This document shows, piece after piece, positions 32,380 through 44,477 of a stretch of 64,000 nt of DNA. Below the pieces are notes generated by a model, which saw nothing but the letters and a program-made list of their open reading frames with translations, had not been told where the DNA came from and did not search any database. The stretch's first letter is position 1, and each line of letters begins with the position of its first letter. The translations under genes were made by a program, and so were the position numbers. Where the stretch lies: contig CAWAUV010000004.1 in the NCBI GenBank assembly GCA_963785305.1, positions 416,001 to 480,000 on the forward strand, written 5' to 3'. The stretch is from an uncultured Planctomycetaceae bacterium. GTDB taxonomy: Bacteria; Planctomycetota; Planctomycetia; Pirellulales; PALSA-1355.

Positions 32380-33612
32380 TCAGTCCGGTGCTAGCATCGC
32401 TCCGGGCGAACGATGCTTTCGGACGATCGCCGATTTGCGCGGCGAGCACGGTTTCATAGACCCGTAGCACATCCTCGACCATGCGATTCGCCGTGTGCTT
32501 GTGCGCATGGCGCGAGACGCTTCGGCATAGCGGCGCCGGCGGGATTCGTCGGCCGCCAACTCGACCAGCGCCTGCGCGAGCGCGGCGGCGTTGTCGCGCG
32601 GCACAATCAATCCGTTGCCCTCGGGCTCGACACACAGCGCCGCCCCGCCGATCTCGGTGGTGACGATCGGCAGCCCGGCCGCCAGGGCCTCGATCAACAC
32701 ATAGGGCATGCCTTCATAGCGACTCGACAGACAAAACAGGTCGAAGCTCGGCATCACTTCCGTGGCCACGACATCGCCCAGCGCCAGCACTCGCTCGCCG
32801 AGCCCCAGCCGCTCGATCCGCCGCCGCACATCGGCCGCCAGCGGGCCATCGCCCACCATCACTAGCCGCATCGCCGGGCCGCGAGCCAGCGCCTGGGCAA
32901 ACGCCTCGAGCATCACATCGGGCGCTTTTTGCGCCGTCAGCCGGCCGACGAAACCGATCACGACTTCTTCGGGCCCGATGCCCAGCCTCGCTCGCGCCTC
33001 GCTCTTGCCAGGAAAGGCCGGCGGCGTGATGCCGTTGGGAATCATGTGAATGCGATTGGCATCGATGCCCAGCGCGCGTGCATGCTGCACTTCCTCGGGC
33101 GAGACCGCGATCAAGGCCGCGGTATATTGACCGAGGAAACGTTCGATGCGGCCATAAAACGATCGCTGCCAAGCGCGCAACTCGGGGTCCTGGGTGACAA
33201 ACGCGTTGGGCGTGTACACGGCCGGAATCCTTAGCAAGTAGCCGGCCAGCCGCGCCATGGCGCCGCCCTTCGAGCTATGGCCGTGGATCAGGTCGAACGG
33301 GCCGAGCTCCCTCGCTTTGCGCACCAAGCGCCACAAGTCGGCGGCGTCCGCCGGATGCAATGCCCGGCGCAGCGGGAAGGCGATCATCGGCGGCAGTTCA
33401 GCGCCGGCGAGCCGCTCGCGGCAGGCGGTGTCGAGCTTTCGCGGTGAATAAAGTCCCACGACTTCAACATCGCGCTCTGCCAAACCCTCGGCCAAGTCGA
33501 TCATATGGCGGCCGACTCCGCCGCCGGAAGCCTGCGTGACCAATAGCACCCTTGGCCTGGCGCCCACGCTCGCCGGCCTCCGGCCCCGCACGATTTCAGT
33601 ATTGACACTCAT
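32380..33612 (-). CDS. Glycosyltransferase family 4 (C-terminal frameshift near 32505)
   Basis: GGGVGRH, HGHSSKGG, IPNGI, FVGRLTAQK, SRYEGMPYVLIEALAAGLP. Confidence 0.92.
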   Translation of the reverse strand: MSVNTEIVRGRRPASVGARPRVLLVTQASGGGVGRHMIDLAEGLAERDVEVVGLYSPRKLDTACRERLAGAELPPMIAFPLRRALHPADAADLWRLVRKARELGPFDLIHGHSSKGGAMARLAGYLLRIPAVYTPNAFVTQDPELRAWQRSFYGRIERFLGQYTAALIAVSPEEVQHARALGIDANRIHMIPNGITPPAFPGKSEARARLGIGPEEVVIGFVGRLTAQKAPDVMLEAFAQALARGPAMRLVMVGDGPLAADVRRRIERLGLGERVLALGDVVATEVMPSFDLFCLSSRYEGMPYVLIEALAAGLPIVTTEIGGAALCVEPEGNGLIVPRDNAAALAQALVELAADESRRRRYAEASRAMRTSTRRIAWSRMCYGSMKPCSPRKSAIVRKHRSPGAMLAPD

Positions 33613-35193
33613 GACTCAAGCCTCTCGGACAAAATCCTCTCGAAACACGCTTTGGGAACAGATGTGGGCAAATGCGTTCCCAATCCCTCCACGCACGATT
33701 CCGTTTTTTCGTTGATCGCGTCGATTGCCGGCGCGAGGGGGCCGCCAACGCCTGGGACATCGGCGCCCGGCGCCGCTCGCCCGCCGCGCCGCGCTTCGCC
33801 AGCCACACCACCGTCAGCAGCGCCGCCAGCGCCGGAAAGGTGCGTGTGTAGAACAAATACAAGATCAAGGGCGTCTCCCAAGATCGACATATAAAACAGC
33901 GGATAGAGCAGCACTCCGGCCAAGGTTCCAGCCATGAGCCGGCGGTACAAATTGAAGGAAATGAATCCATAGGCGGCCCAATACACGAGGAAGCCGCCGA
34001 ATCCATAGTCGAGCGCCGGCTGAAAGAGGCCGCCCTCGTTGTTGAGTTCGATCGTGCCGAACCGCTCCAACATTCGCTCATGTGCCTTCGGCACATCGAC
34101 GCCCGTGAGCGATTGATAGGAAAACGGCGTCGCCCGAATGCCGGGAAATTCCCAAAGCGGGCGGAGCGTGAAGTAGGGCAGGGGGCGTGGCTGATCCGTG
34201 GCCAGGGCCATCGCGCCGTTGTTGTGCGCCGTGGTGAAGTAGCCCGACAGGCGCCACACGGTAAAATCGGCGTAGGAATCGAAGCGCGTCTCGTAATACT
34301 TCCACGAGCGAAAGTATTCGCAGAACCCGAAAAAGGCGACAAAGCCGATTCCGCCCAGCACCGGCGCGGCGAAGAGCAAGCCGCGGGCCAGCGGTTTCAC
34401 GCGGCGCCCCAGCACATGCGACCGCAGTCCGACAATGCCCAGCGGCAGGAGCAACTCGATGATCGCGGTGCGCTCGCTAAAGAGCACGCAGCGCACGGCG
34501 GCCACGAAGAAGATCGCCGCCATCGGCAAGAGCAGTCCGCGCCGCTGGCCGCGCACGAAGAGCCACGCCCCCAACAGCACCGCCGCCATGCCGAACTGAG
34601 TGCATGTGGTCACTCCGGGAATCGTGGGAAACAGATCGTGGCGGATCGTTTGATAGTAATCCTCGCTGCCGGTAAAGATTTCCAGGCCCATGCGGACCGA
34701 GAATCCGTTTTTGAAACCCACGGCGAACCAAGCGCCATAGCCCAGCAGCGTGAGTAGGGTAAAAAAGTAAAAGCACTTGCGCACCAAGCCGTCGACGCTC
34801 GGCGATTCGCTCCGCGGCGCGGCGCCGGTCGATTGGCCCAGCGCAGGCCCAGCGCGAAGGCCACGATGGCGCCGAAAGCCAGCAGCACATGTTCGCCGGT
34901 GATGTACTTCGGCGTGCCATAGAGGCGGTAGGCGTTTGTGTTCTGCCACCAAGCCGCGAGAATCGTCGCGCCCACGACTCCGGCAAACGGCCACGCCGGA
35001 TGCAGCCACCAGAGCTGCCGCAATACCACGGCGCCGTTCCCATGCGGCAGCGCGGCCAACGCCAATTCGCTCGATTGAGCCTCGAGCGCCGTCGCCGTCG
35101 GCGATTGTTCCTCGCGAGTCGGGGGCGTTGAATCGCCGATCCCCGCGGGCGCGTTCGCCAGAGAAGCATCGGGAGCCGACACCGTCGAATCAT
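33609..35193 (-). CDS. Wzy-like oligosaccharide repeat-unit polymerase (multiple frameshifts; limits approximate)
   Basis: Polytopic; WWLHP, SERTAIIE, CEYFRSW, RLSGYFTTAHNN, NNEGGLF, DYG spread across frames. Confidence 0.7.
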
Positions 35194-36589
35194 GCGGCCG
35201 CCGCGCGAACGGCCACCAGGCGAGCCGAACGGGCGCGAGGCCCAAAGCGGCGAGCCCGGCGACATGGGTACGGAGCCCCAAACGCCGACGAGCAAACCAC
35301 CACAAAAGACCGCTTTGCACCGCGATCGCCAGCGCCGAGCCAGCGGCCAGTCCCTCGGGCCCGCGCGAAGCCGCGCCGGCGCCACCCACCACGATCAAAA
35401 TCGCGGTCGCCGCCACATTGACCCATAGCACGAGCGTGTGATGCCCGGTCATGTTGAGCACATAGCCCGGATTGCCGAGCAGCACATACACCAGTTGCCC
35501 GACCAGGAGCGGCGCGATCACCGGCGCCACGCCCACGAACGCCTGGCCAAAAATCAGCCGCGGCAGCGATTCGGGAAACAGGGCCAAGAGCGCGAGCGCC
35601 GCGAGCGATGGGACCGCGGCCAGCGTGGTCGCGCGGCGCACGAGGCGCTCGAGCTCGGCCGGTCGATTCTGGGCATGCAAACGAGGCACCAGGCCAATCA
35701 CCGCCATCATCGCCATTTGAACCGGAAGCTGCGCGAGCAATTGACAGCGCTTCGCGACGCCATAGACCCCGAGCGCCGCCGCATCGAGCAGCGTCCCGCC
35801 GATCCAGATATCGAACTGATAGGTGGCGAATGTCAGCACTTGAATCACGAGCAGCGAACCGGCGGCGGCAAGCAGCCCGACGCGATCGATGGCGCCGGGA
35901 GAAGCCGCATCGGGTGTTGCGCTTTCCGCGCTCGCCCGGCGGCGGGCGCGTCGGAGCGACCAAAGGGCGAATGGCGCCGTGGCGCACACCGAGCCGACCA
36001 GCAGCGCGACCGCGCCGGCGGCCGTGAGGGGCATCGGCCGCGTCGCCACGACAACGAGCGCCGCCAGGAACAAGAGATTGCTGATCGGACCGCCGGCCTG
36101 GCCGCCGGAAAAGAAGCTCGCGCGAGGCAAATCGCCGTAGCCGCGAATCCATTCGGCCGCCGCCTGTTGCCAAGCCAGCACGAAGACGCCGATCGGCGCG
36201 AGCGCCACGATCAGCCAGCGGTCGGATTCCGGCATGTCCGAGTGTAAAAACGCGAGCAAGCCGAGAGCGGCGAACACGGCGGCGGCCAGCGACACGCCGA
36301 GCATGAGCTTGATCGAGCTTGCGAGATAAGACGCTGCCTGGGCCGCCTCTCCGAGCCCCAGGCTTTCGGAAATAAACCGCAGCCCCGCTTCGTTGAACCC
36401 GCCCATGGCGAGCACGCCGCCGAGCGCGATCAAGGTGCTCACGAGGAGAAACAGACCGAAACCGGCCGGTTCCAGCAACCTCGCCGCGACGACATTGCCG
36501 GCGAGCGTGGCGCCGATGCCGACCACTCGGCAGGCGACCACCCAAGCTGCCTCGGGAATTCGCGGCGATTTGAAATTGGGAGCGTTCAT
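35190..36589 (-). CDS. Wzx-like oligosaccharide flippase
   Basis: ARLLEPAGFGLF, DIWIGGTLL...LGVYGVA, VLNMTGH; many TM segments. Confidence 0.82.
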
Positions 36590-38014
36590 GGCGCGATGCA
36601 ACCTCCCCCAGCGCCGCGGCCGGTTCCGGCGCCGCGCGCATGCGCTCCGAGCGAGTCACAATTTGTCGCGAGGATTCGTTCGCCGGGGCCGAGCGATCGG
36701 ATTGCCTCGCAACCGCGATGGCGAGCATGGCCCAGGCGGCGAAGAGCGCGAGTCCATTGGCCGCGGCCGCGAGGCGATAGAGTGCTTGTCCCGGCAGCCC
36801 GCCCGAGGCGCCGAATTGGATTCCAAGCGCATCGAGTTGATAGCTGAAGCCTTCGGTCCAAAAGAAATTGGCGAATGGCGTGAGCAAACAGCCGATCGTG
36901 GCCCAGCGAACCGGCAAGGCCATGCGCCGCCAAGAGCCATCGGCCCCGAACACCGCGGCCAAGATCGGCGCGATCAAGAGCGGCGCGTCATATACGTTGT
37001 GATAAATGCCGATCAGCATCGCCACCAAAAGCAGCGCCCCGCCGCGCTCGCCGCCAGCCGCTCGGATTTGAAGCCGGCGCGCCAGAGGATCGCGGCCGTG
37101 AGGCCGAGCACCGCGATCGCAACCGCAGCGCCGGTCCAGGCGGGCAATGGTTGATTGATGAGATATTCAATAACCGCGGCAAGATCGATCCGGCCGCGGT
37201 TCGTATGCGCGACGACCGTGGGGTTGTGCGCGAAGTTCGACTGATTCGCGGCCACGACGGCGAACGCCGCGCTGGGCGAGGTCACGCCCGCTCTCGCGAA
37301 AATCGCGGTCATGCCCAATACCGCCACGCCGGCGCCCGCGGCCAGCCCGCCTAGACCCGAGCGCCAATCGCGCCGCGCCGTCAGCAGCAGTCCGAGCGGA
37401 CCGCCATAGCTCGGTTTGCACACGGCCAGCGCGACCATCGCGCCCCCGAGCCAGGGCCGCCGATCGCCCAAGTCAACGGCCGCGATCGCGGCGAGGGCGA
37501 GCGGCAGCGCGAACTGGCCCGAGAAAAACACTCCGCGACCCGGTTGGCTGATGAGCAGCAAGGTCGCGAGCGCCACGACCGCGGCAAACGTGGGCCGACG
37601 TCCCGCGACTCGGATCGCCAAGACCGCCAAGCACGCGAACAGGGCGAGGTTCACCACCGACATCGCCACGAGACTCGCGTCGAGCGGCCACGCCGCCAGC
37701 GGCGCATAGAGCACGAGCATCAGGGGAGAATAAAGCGGCAGCGTGTCGAGCGCGTCGTAACGCTCAAGATACCTGGCCGGGTCGCCGCGCGTGGTGTCGT
37801 AGGGATTTACTCCATCGTCGACTGCGCGGAGGGGATAATAAACCACGTCGCGAAAACTGGCGAGCGCCCAATGCTCCGCGTCGGGCCGACCCGCGCACGG
37901 CCAATGTCGCTCGAGCCGCCAGGACATGGCGCCCACGGCTAACAGAAAACCGGCGACCATCGCCATATTGAGCCAAGCGCGGCGGCCGGCAATCGTGGCG
38001 ACCCAATGGTTCAT
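36586..38014 (-). CDS. GT87/DUF2029-type GT-C membrane glycosyltransferase (frameshifted)
   Basis: FRDVVYYP...GVNPYD...LYSP...GQ...CKPSYG...YHNVYD; many TM segments. Confidence 0.72.
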
Positions 38015-39130
38015 CGCCCCACCACCTCCGCGATATCCGCGGTGTTGGAGGCGAGTGGTTTCGTCGTCCGAGTCCGGCGATCGGCTGGGGCCGCGTCGCG
38101 CGCAGAGCGCGACTTGAGGCTCGGGTCGGTGGCAATCGTGTCGGCGAATTCGCCCAAGGGCAAGACATGAAAACGCGAGCTGAAATCCGAAAGCACCTCG
38201 CGCACGAATGCCCGCTTGTCGGCGCCCGAGAGTTCCATTGCCGGGAAGAAGTCGAGATCGGATTCGTCGTCGCCCCCGAGGAAATCGAGCGGATGCAAGA
38301 GCAGCGACGGCGCGAGCCCGCGGAGCGAGCAGAGCCGCATCGCCAGCCGCCAGTAGGCCCAGGCCCCGGCCCGGGAGAACTTGCACAGATAGAGCAAATA
38401 GCTCAGATGGATCAGCGCGCGCGCGAGCGGCATCGTGGTGACCGGAATCTCGAGCAGCCGATGTTCCTCGCCGCTCGACGTGTATTCCGAATCGACGAGC
38501 GGCGCCGCCGCTTGTTTGGGCCAGCGCCACCAGTAGGGCGCGAGCGGCCGGAAGCCTTCGTTCCACTGTCCGAAAAGCCGCGCTCGCTCGGCGCTCGGCG
38601 CGGCTCAGGCGAGCGCGCAAAAAGTAATACGCCCGGGCCAGGGGGCCGAGAAATGTGGGAAAGGTCGAGGCATCGTAGCGATAGCCGCGCCGCGCGAGGC
38701 TCGCGAGCAACGGCGGCGACAAACTATAGCCCGGCCCGCGAAAGCCAGTTGGCGTCACACCAGTCGCCAGCTCGATCGCCTGCTCGGCGCTGGTGAGCTC
38801 AGTCTCGATTTCCTCATCGGAATAGCGATGCAGCCACGGTTCATGGTGAAACGAATGGTTGCCGATCTCGTGGCCGGCCGCGGCGACCGCTTGGAGCGCC
38901 GCGCGGTTGCGCTCGAGCGCCGCGTCTTGGCCGACGACAAACACCGTGGCGCACAGTCCGAGCGAGGTGAACATTTCAAGAAAGTGCGGCGTCACGCGGT
39001 CCAAGTAACTGGGCAAGCTCCGCCAGCCCGGGTCGCCGTGGGTCTTCAAATACGTCCACTTGTTGTCCAAGTCGAGCGACAGGCTGGCCAACGGTTTTTC
39101 GCGGGCTTTCGGCGGTTCGGGAGAGGGCGG
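38011..39130 (-). CDS. Polysaccharide deacetylase (NodB/CE4) family protein (frameshifted; start approximate)
   Basis: SLDLD, TVFVVG, HEIGNHSFHH, GFRGPGY, YDAS, LLHPLDF. Confidence 0.85.
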
Positions 39131-39139
39131 GTTCGCCCG

Positions 39140-40484
39140 GGGCGCCGATATCACGACGGACGTCGGCTCGCTTGCGCGGCCGCAAACCACATCGAGCGAC
39201 GATTCGGCGAGCCGCACGGTTTCGTTCACATTCAGCGTGGCGCTCGTGATCTGCGACGAATTCACGAGAAATAGCCCCGGCACGCTGGTCGCCATGCGCG
39301 GCATCCGCTGGCTGTAGCCCAGAGTCGGCAGGGCAAACACATGGCGCCTCGCGACACGCGGAAGGCGCCCACATGGTCGACCGAAAAATGGGGATGAATG
39401 CGCGCGAGCGCCGCCAGGAATTCCTCGCGAACGTCGGCGTCGTCTCGCCGCCAAATCGGGTCGTCGGCCGTGGCGTAGCGCGGCAGATACACGAGAGATT
39501 GACCGCCAAGCTCGGCCCGTTCGACCAGGGCCGTCATCTCGATCACTCCGGTAAATGGCGCCGGATCGGTGATGTTGGTGACATAAAACGGCGACAACGG
39601 TTTTTTGAGCAACAGCAAGGCGCACACAATCCCCAAGTATTCGACCCCGCGCAGCCGCGCATGCTCGGCGACCGAAAGCCCTGGACACATGCCCGCCGCC
39701 AAGGGCGCTGCGGCGGTAACGATCACCCGATCGAAGGCGAGCGACTGGCCATCTTGGAGCGTTACCTGGAGTTGCCGTTGAGAATCATGATCGATTCCAC
39801 CGACACGCGCGTTGAGTCGAATCGACACGCCCAAGGCTTCGAGCCGCAGGCCGAATGCGTCGAGCATGCGCCATAGCCGCCGGGCAAGTAGCCGAACATT
39901 TCTCGCTTGAGTCCGGCGCTACGCGCGGCGTACATCCGCTGGATCGTGGCCCAAATAAAGGCGGCGCTCGTTCGGCGCCAAGCGTCGCCCAGCTTCGCCT
40001 TGAGCAGCGGCAGCCAAATGCGCTCGAATGTTTGCCGGCCCGAGTGCCGGGCGAGCCAATCGCCGACCGGCGTTTGCTCGAGCCGGCGCCAGTCGCGGCA
40101 GCGCGCGGCTTGCCAGATCGTCCAGCCGAGGCGAAGTTTGTCGACCGGCCCGAGGGGCGGAAAGCGGAGGAAATCCCAACTGCTCGAAAACGGATGCAAT
40201 TGCCCATCGACGAGAAAGCCGGTTTGGGTCGTGGTCCAGCGCAGCTGGTCATCGAGCCCGAGATCGGCCAGCAGGCGCCGCAAATGCGAGTCGGAAAGAA
40301 GCGTCACATGATAGTGGCGATCCCAAGTCACGTCGCCCAGGCGCCAGGCGTCGGCAAGACCGCCGAGCCGGTCGGCGCTTTCGAGCAGCGTGACTTTGTA
40401 ACCGCGCTCCGCGAGGCGCAGCGCGAGCGTGAGGCCGAGCATGCCGCCTCCCACCACGCCGAAATGTTCGCCTTGCGACGCCAT
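39140..40484 (-). CDS. NAD(P)/FAD-dependent oxidoreductase (amine oxidase/PPO-like; frameshifts near 39870 and 39345; end approximate)
   Basis: VVGGGMLG, LGGLA, WDRHYHV, GYLPGGY, YVTNITD, LVYLPRY, TLNVNET. Confidence 0.82.
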
Positions 40485-40572
40485 ATCTTCCATTTCCGGG
40501 TATTTCAAAATGCGATTTCGCTTGCCCCCAACCGGTTCGCCGCCGGAGAGCCATGGGCACGGCGCACCGGCT

Positions 40573-41200
40573 TTAGCCCGCGCGCGAAATCTCGCGAACC
40601 TCTCGATCCTTGATCTCGAAAAGCAGCCCACAATGGCCGCAAATCACTTCGCAATCCTTCGCCGACACGGCGTCGCCCCACTTCATGACCGGCCGGCCGC
40701 AACGGCAAACGCACCCGATCGAGCACGCCGGATTGCCGATGACAAGGTGGAAATCCGGGACGGATCGCGTGACCACGGCGCCCATGCCGATCATGGCGAA
40801 GCGACCCACGACAAGATCGGCGCCCACGATCGCGCCCGCGCCGATCGTGGCCCCCTCGCGCACCAAGGTCGCGAGCGTGTCGGCGCCGGGATCGGAAGGC
40901 AGCAGTTGCTTGAGGTCGTTGGTGGCGGCCCGCGGGAAGCGATCGTTGGTGAAGGTGGCGCCGGCGCTGACCATCACGCCGTCTTCGATCGTCACTCCGT
41001 TGCAGATATAGGCCATCGAATTGATCTTCACCCGCACGCCGATTCGGACATCGTAGGCCACATAGGCTTTTCCACCGACGATGCACTGTTCGCCCAGGCA
41101 CGCGCCGTGGCGAATGTGCGCAGTTGTCCCACACGCTTGTGCCATCGCCGAGCGTCACGTTGTCTTCGACGATCGCCGTCGGATGGATTCGCGCCGGCAT
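40573..41200 (-). CDS. Hexapeptide-repeat N-acyltransferase (WbpD-like) with C-terminal Cys cluster (frameshift near 41125)
   Basis: IHPTAIVE, FTNDRFPRA, GATIGAGA, GAVVTRSVP, GNPA, CRC...CGHC. Confidence 0.88.
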
Positions 41201-41201
41201 A

Positions 41202-42221
41202 TCAGCACACGCTCGCCGATTGGGAAAGATCGGAACCGACGGCCACCCAGCTCGATCGCCACATGGCGTCGTAGGCCGTGTTGATGGCCTCGACCGAGGC
41301 GAGCGCGTCTTGCAGCGAAATCAGCGGCGCCTCGAACCCACGCACCGAGCGCACGAAATTTTCGAGTTTGGCGCCAAAGGCTTGCAGCTTGTCGTAACCG
41401 GCGCCAAACACGGTCCAGTCGCGATCCGAGGCGCGGCGAAACTTCGATTCCTTCCAGCCCAAATGCAATGTGCCGGCCGAGCCATACACGCTCACATAGT
41501 AGGGCAGCTCCTTGTTGATGCTCCACGACAGGTCGATCGTGCCCATCACGCCCTGGGCGCTGCGCACGAACATGCGCACCGTGTCCTCGACCGGAATATC
41601 TTGCACCCGGCGCCCTTCGACCACTTGCAATTCCGCGATCGGACCGAGGAAATATCGCAGTACGTCGACCGAGTGCGTTCCGTTGTCGATCAGCACTCCG
41701 CCGCCGCTGATCGTGGGATCGCTATTCCAGCGGTTTTTCATGTCGACACGCGACGTAAAGGCGTTTTCGAACAAGATCACCTCGCCGATCAGTCCCGAGG
41801 TGATGATCGACTTGGCCTCCAGCACATCGGCCACATAGCGAAACTTCGAAGCCATGCGCAGCGTGCCGGTCGAACGCTCGGCGGCGTCGAGCATCACCCG
41901 GGCATCGTCGGGCGAGACCGCGAGCGGCTTTTCGCAGAGCACATGCAATCCCCGATCGAGCAGCCAGCAGCAGATCTCGGGGTGCGTGGCCGGCGGCGTC
42001 GCCACGACCACCGCTTCGCATTCGGCGCGCTCGATCATCGCGCGATAGCAATCGAACGCTTGGCACTCGGCCCCTTCGGCGAAGGTGCGCGCCGACTCGA
42101 AGCGCGTGTCGGCCACGCCCACCAACTTGGCGAGGCCCGACCGGGCGAAGGCTTGACCATAGGTGTGGGCAATCGCGCCGGCGCCGATGAGTCCGAATCG
42201 CATTTTGTCGTCTTGCTTCAT
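41202..42221 (-). CDS. Gfo/Idh/MocA-family sugar dehydrogenase
   Basis: GLIGAGAIA, ATPPATH, HVLCEKP, GGGVLIDNGTH. Confidence 0.92.
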   Translation of the reverse strand: MKQDDKMRFGLIGAGAIAHTYGQAFARSGLAKLVGVADTRFESARTFAEGAECQAFDCYRAMIERAECEAVVVATPPATHPEICCWLLDRGLHVLCEKPLAVSPDDARVMLDAAERSTGTLRMASKFRYVADVLEAKSIITSGLIGEVILFENAFTSRVDMKNRWNSDPTISGGGVLIDNGTHSVDVLRYFLGPIAELQVVEGRRVQDIPVEDTVRMFVRSAQGVMGTIDLSWSINKELPYYVSVYGSAGTLHLGWKESKFRRASDRDWTVFGAGYDKLQAFGAKLENFVRSVRGFEAPLISLQDALASVEAINTAYDAMWRSSWVAVGSDLSQSASVC

Positions 42222-43451
42222 GTTCCCGCTTTCTTCAGTTCGGTGACGCTTTCGAGAATCGACTCGGCGATGTAACGCACATGCTCGGCTTCGAATCGCT
42301 CGTTCCAGGGAAGAACCAATATCTGGTCCAGGCCGTCGTAGGTTCCCTTGAAATCCTCGCGGCGATAGGACACCGCTTCGGGCCGGGCGAGAGTAAACGG
42401 CCAGCGGCTTTTGCCGAATGTTTGCTGGTCGCGAATCACGGCGCACTCGAAGGCCGGCTTTTGGATATAGCGCGGAGCGGCGAAGATGCCCCGCTCCTTG
42501 AGCCGAGCGCCAAGCGCCACCGTGCCACCGGGAATCCGCTGGGGATCGACCGTGAGGCAATAGCGCCAGAACGAATGCGAGTCGCCCGGAAGCGCGCGGC
42601 GTGGTCACACCCGGCAGCGCGACCAGCGCCGCCGAAAGCTGTTTGGCCAGCTCCTTGCGGCGATTGGCGGCGTCGGGCAGTTTGTCGAGTTGCGCCAAGG
42701 CCACGGCGCCTTGCAACTCGGTCATGCGATAATTGAGCGCGAGGAAATAATGGTCGGGCCGGGCGTCGCCATAGCCCCAGGCTTTGTTGATGAACAGGAA
42801 CATTCGCCGGGCCAAGTCCGGATCGTTCGTCACCACGAGCCCGCCTTCGCCGGTCGTAATGTGCTTGCCTTGCTGAAGGCTGAAGGCGCCGATATCGCCC
42901 AGGGCGCCCACCGGCTGGCCGCGATGCCGGCTCTCGAACGCCTGGGCGCAATCCTCGATCACGCGCACGCCATGCTGTTCGCACACCGCATTGATGCCGG
43001 TCATGTCGGCCGGGCAGCCAAATAGGTGCGTGACGATCACCGCCTTGGTGCGCGGGCTGATCACGCGGGCCACCGATTCGGGAGTGACATTGCAGCTTAC
43101 CGGTTCGACATCGGCGAACACCGGAATGGCGCCCTGGTAGAGAATCGGCGTGATCGCGCCCATGTCGGTGATGGGCGATGTGATGATCTCGTCGCCCGGC
43201 TCCGGGTCGATGGCGGCCACCGCCGCATGCACCGCCGCCGATCCATGGGAGCAGGCATAGGCGAACTTGACGCCGAGCTCTTCGGCCCAGCGGGTTTCAA
43301 GCCGCTTGACGAACGCGCCCTTGGTGCTGGTGAGCGTGCCGCTTTGGATCGCCTCCGTGACGAGATCGATTTCCTCTTGTCCCAAGAGGCGACCGCTGGC
43401 GTCTTGGTCCGACGGCAACGGCAGGGGGCGAGTCTTCGTGGCAATACTCAT
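42218..43451 (-). CDS. DegT/DnrJ/EryC1/StrS sugar aminotransferase (frameshift near 42590)
   Basis: GAIPVFADV, IEDCAQA, FSLQQGKHITTGEGG, NYRMTELQGA; C-terminus in the 42218-42520 frame. Confidence 0.92.
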
Positions 43452-43504
43452 TGCGGGTTCCACGGGTCTTTCTTGGTGAAAATGCGCCTCGCGGCGCGAA
43501 ACGA

Positions 43505-44328
43505 TCAATCGCAACCAATACACGGCGAACGCTCGGCCGCGGCCAACTCGGCCGACCGGCGGGCGCCAGCAGCGCGAATCCAAAAACGCAAGTGACGAAG
43601 CGTCGCCCGCAGCACGCGCATCTTCGAGCGCCCCGCCCGGCGGGCATGCAGCACGGCCGGAAACTCGACGATCTTGCCGCCTTGCCGATCGAGCCGCCAC
43701 AGCAGCTCGACCACGCCGACGAAGCCGCGCTCCTCGACTCGGAGATCGACCACCGCCCGGCGGCGATAAACGCGCACACAACTGGTATAGGTATGCAGCT
43801 TATTGCGCATCAGGCCGCCATACAGCCTCGACGCCGTGCGCGAGAGGGCGAGCCGCCAGGGCGCCACGCCTTGCACGCCGCCTCGCGGATGATAGGGCGA
43901 GGCCACCACCAGATCGACATCGTCCGAGAGCAGCGCCGCCATCGGTTCGAGGATCGCAGGGTCGTATGTGCAATCGGCGTCGAGCGAGGCGACCACGTCG
44001 GTGCGCGCATGCCGCAAGCCGGTTTCAATCGCCGCCGCGATCCCGCGGTTGGTCTCGTGGCGGAGCACCCGCGCCTCGGGCCAGTCGCCGAAGCAGGTTT
44101 GCATCACGCTCAGGGTGTTGTCGGTGCTGCCGTCGTCGATCAGCAGAAATTCGACCATTCCGCGACCGGCGAACGTCGTGCGCAGCGCTCGAGCGAGCGG
44201 CGCAGTTCGGGAAGCGACTCGGCTTCGTTGCAGCACGGCGCCACGATCGTGATTCCCGGCGCTTCGTCATGCGAGGTGGTCGGCGCGGCGGTCGGTTGGT
44301 GTTCCAGGTTGGTCGGCGCTAAGGGCAT
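43505..44328 (-). CDS. Glycosyltransferase family 2, DPM1/ArnC-like (frameshift near 44200)
   Basis: IVAPCCNEAESL, IDDGSTD, HETNRGIAAAI, LDADCTYDP, ASPY, RRAGRSKM. Confidence 0.85.
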
Positions 44329-44477
44329 CGAGCTGTCTCGGGACCGCGAATCAAAATCGACTTATCAAGGTTTCAAGGCGGACATTGGCTTCAGGTCGGG
44401 GCGATAGCGCGTCCGGGAGGCATCCGGCGCGGATGCGCCTGGAGGCCGCTCGCGAGGCGAATCGGAGAGCGGACGGT

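Noticed and set aside
34610..36601. Apparent Wzx-Wzy fusion
   Set aside because: An ATGA stop/start overlap at 35190-35193 indicates two genes joined by indel errors
37013..39688. 891-aa oxidoreductase-deacetylase-GT87 fusion ORF
   Set aside because: Contains out-of-frame junk segments; the deacetylase ends at 38011, overlapping the GT87 ATG at 38014
41202..43781. 859-aa DegT-Gfo/Idh fusion ORF
   Set aside because: The DegT C-terminus lies in another frame ending at 42218, overlapping the Gfo start at 42221; frameshift artefact
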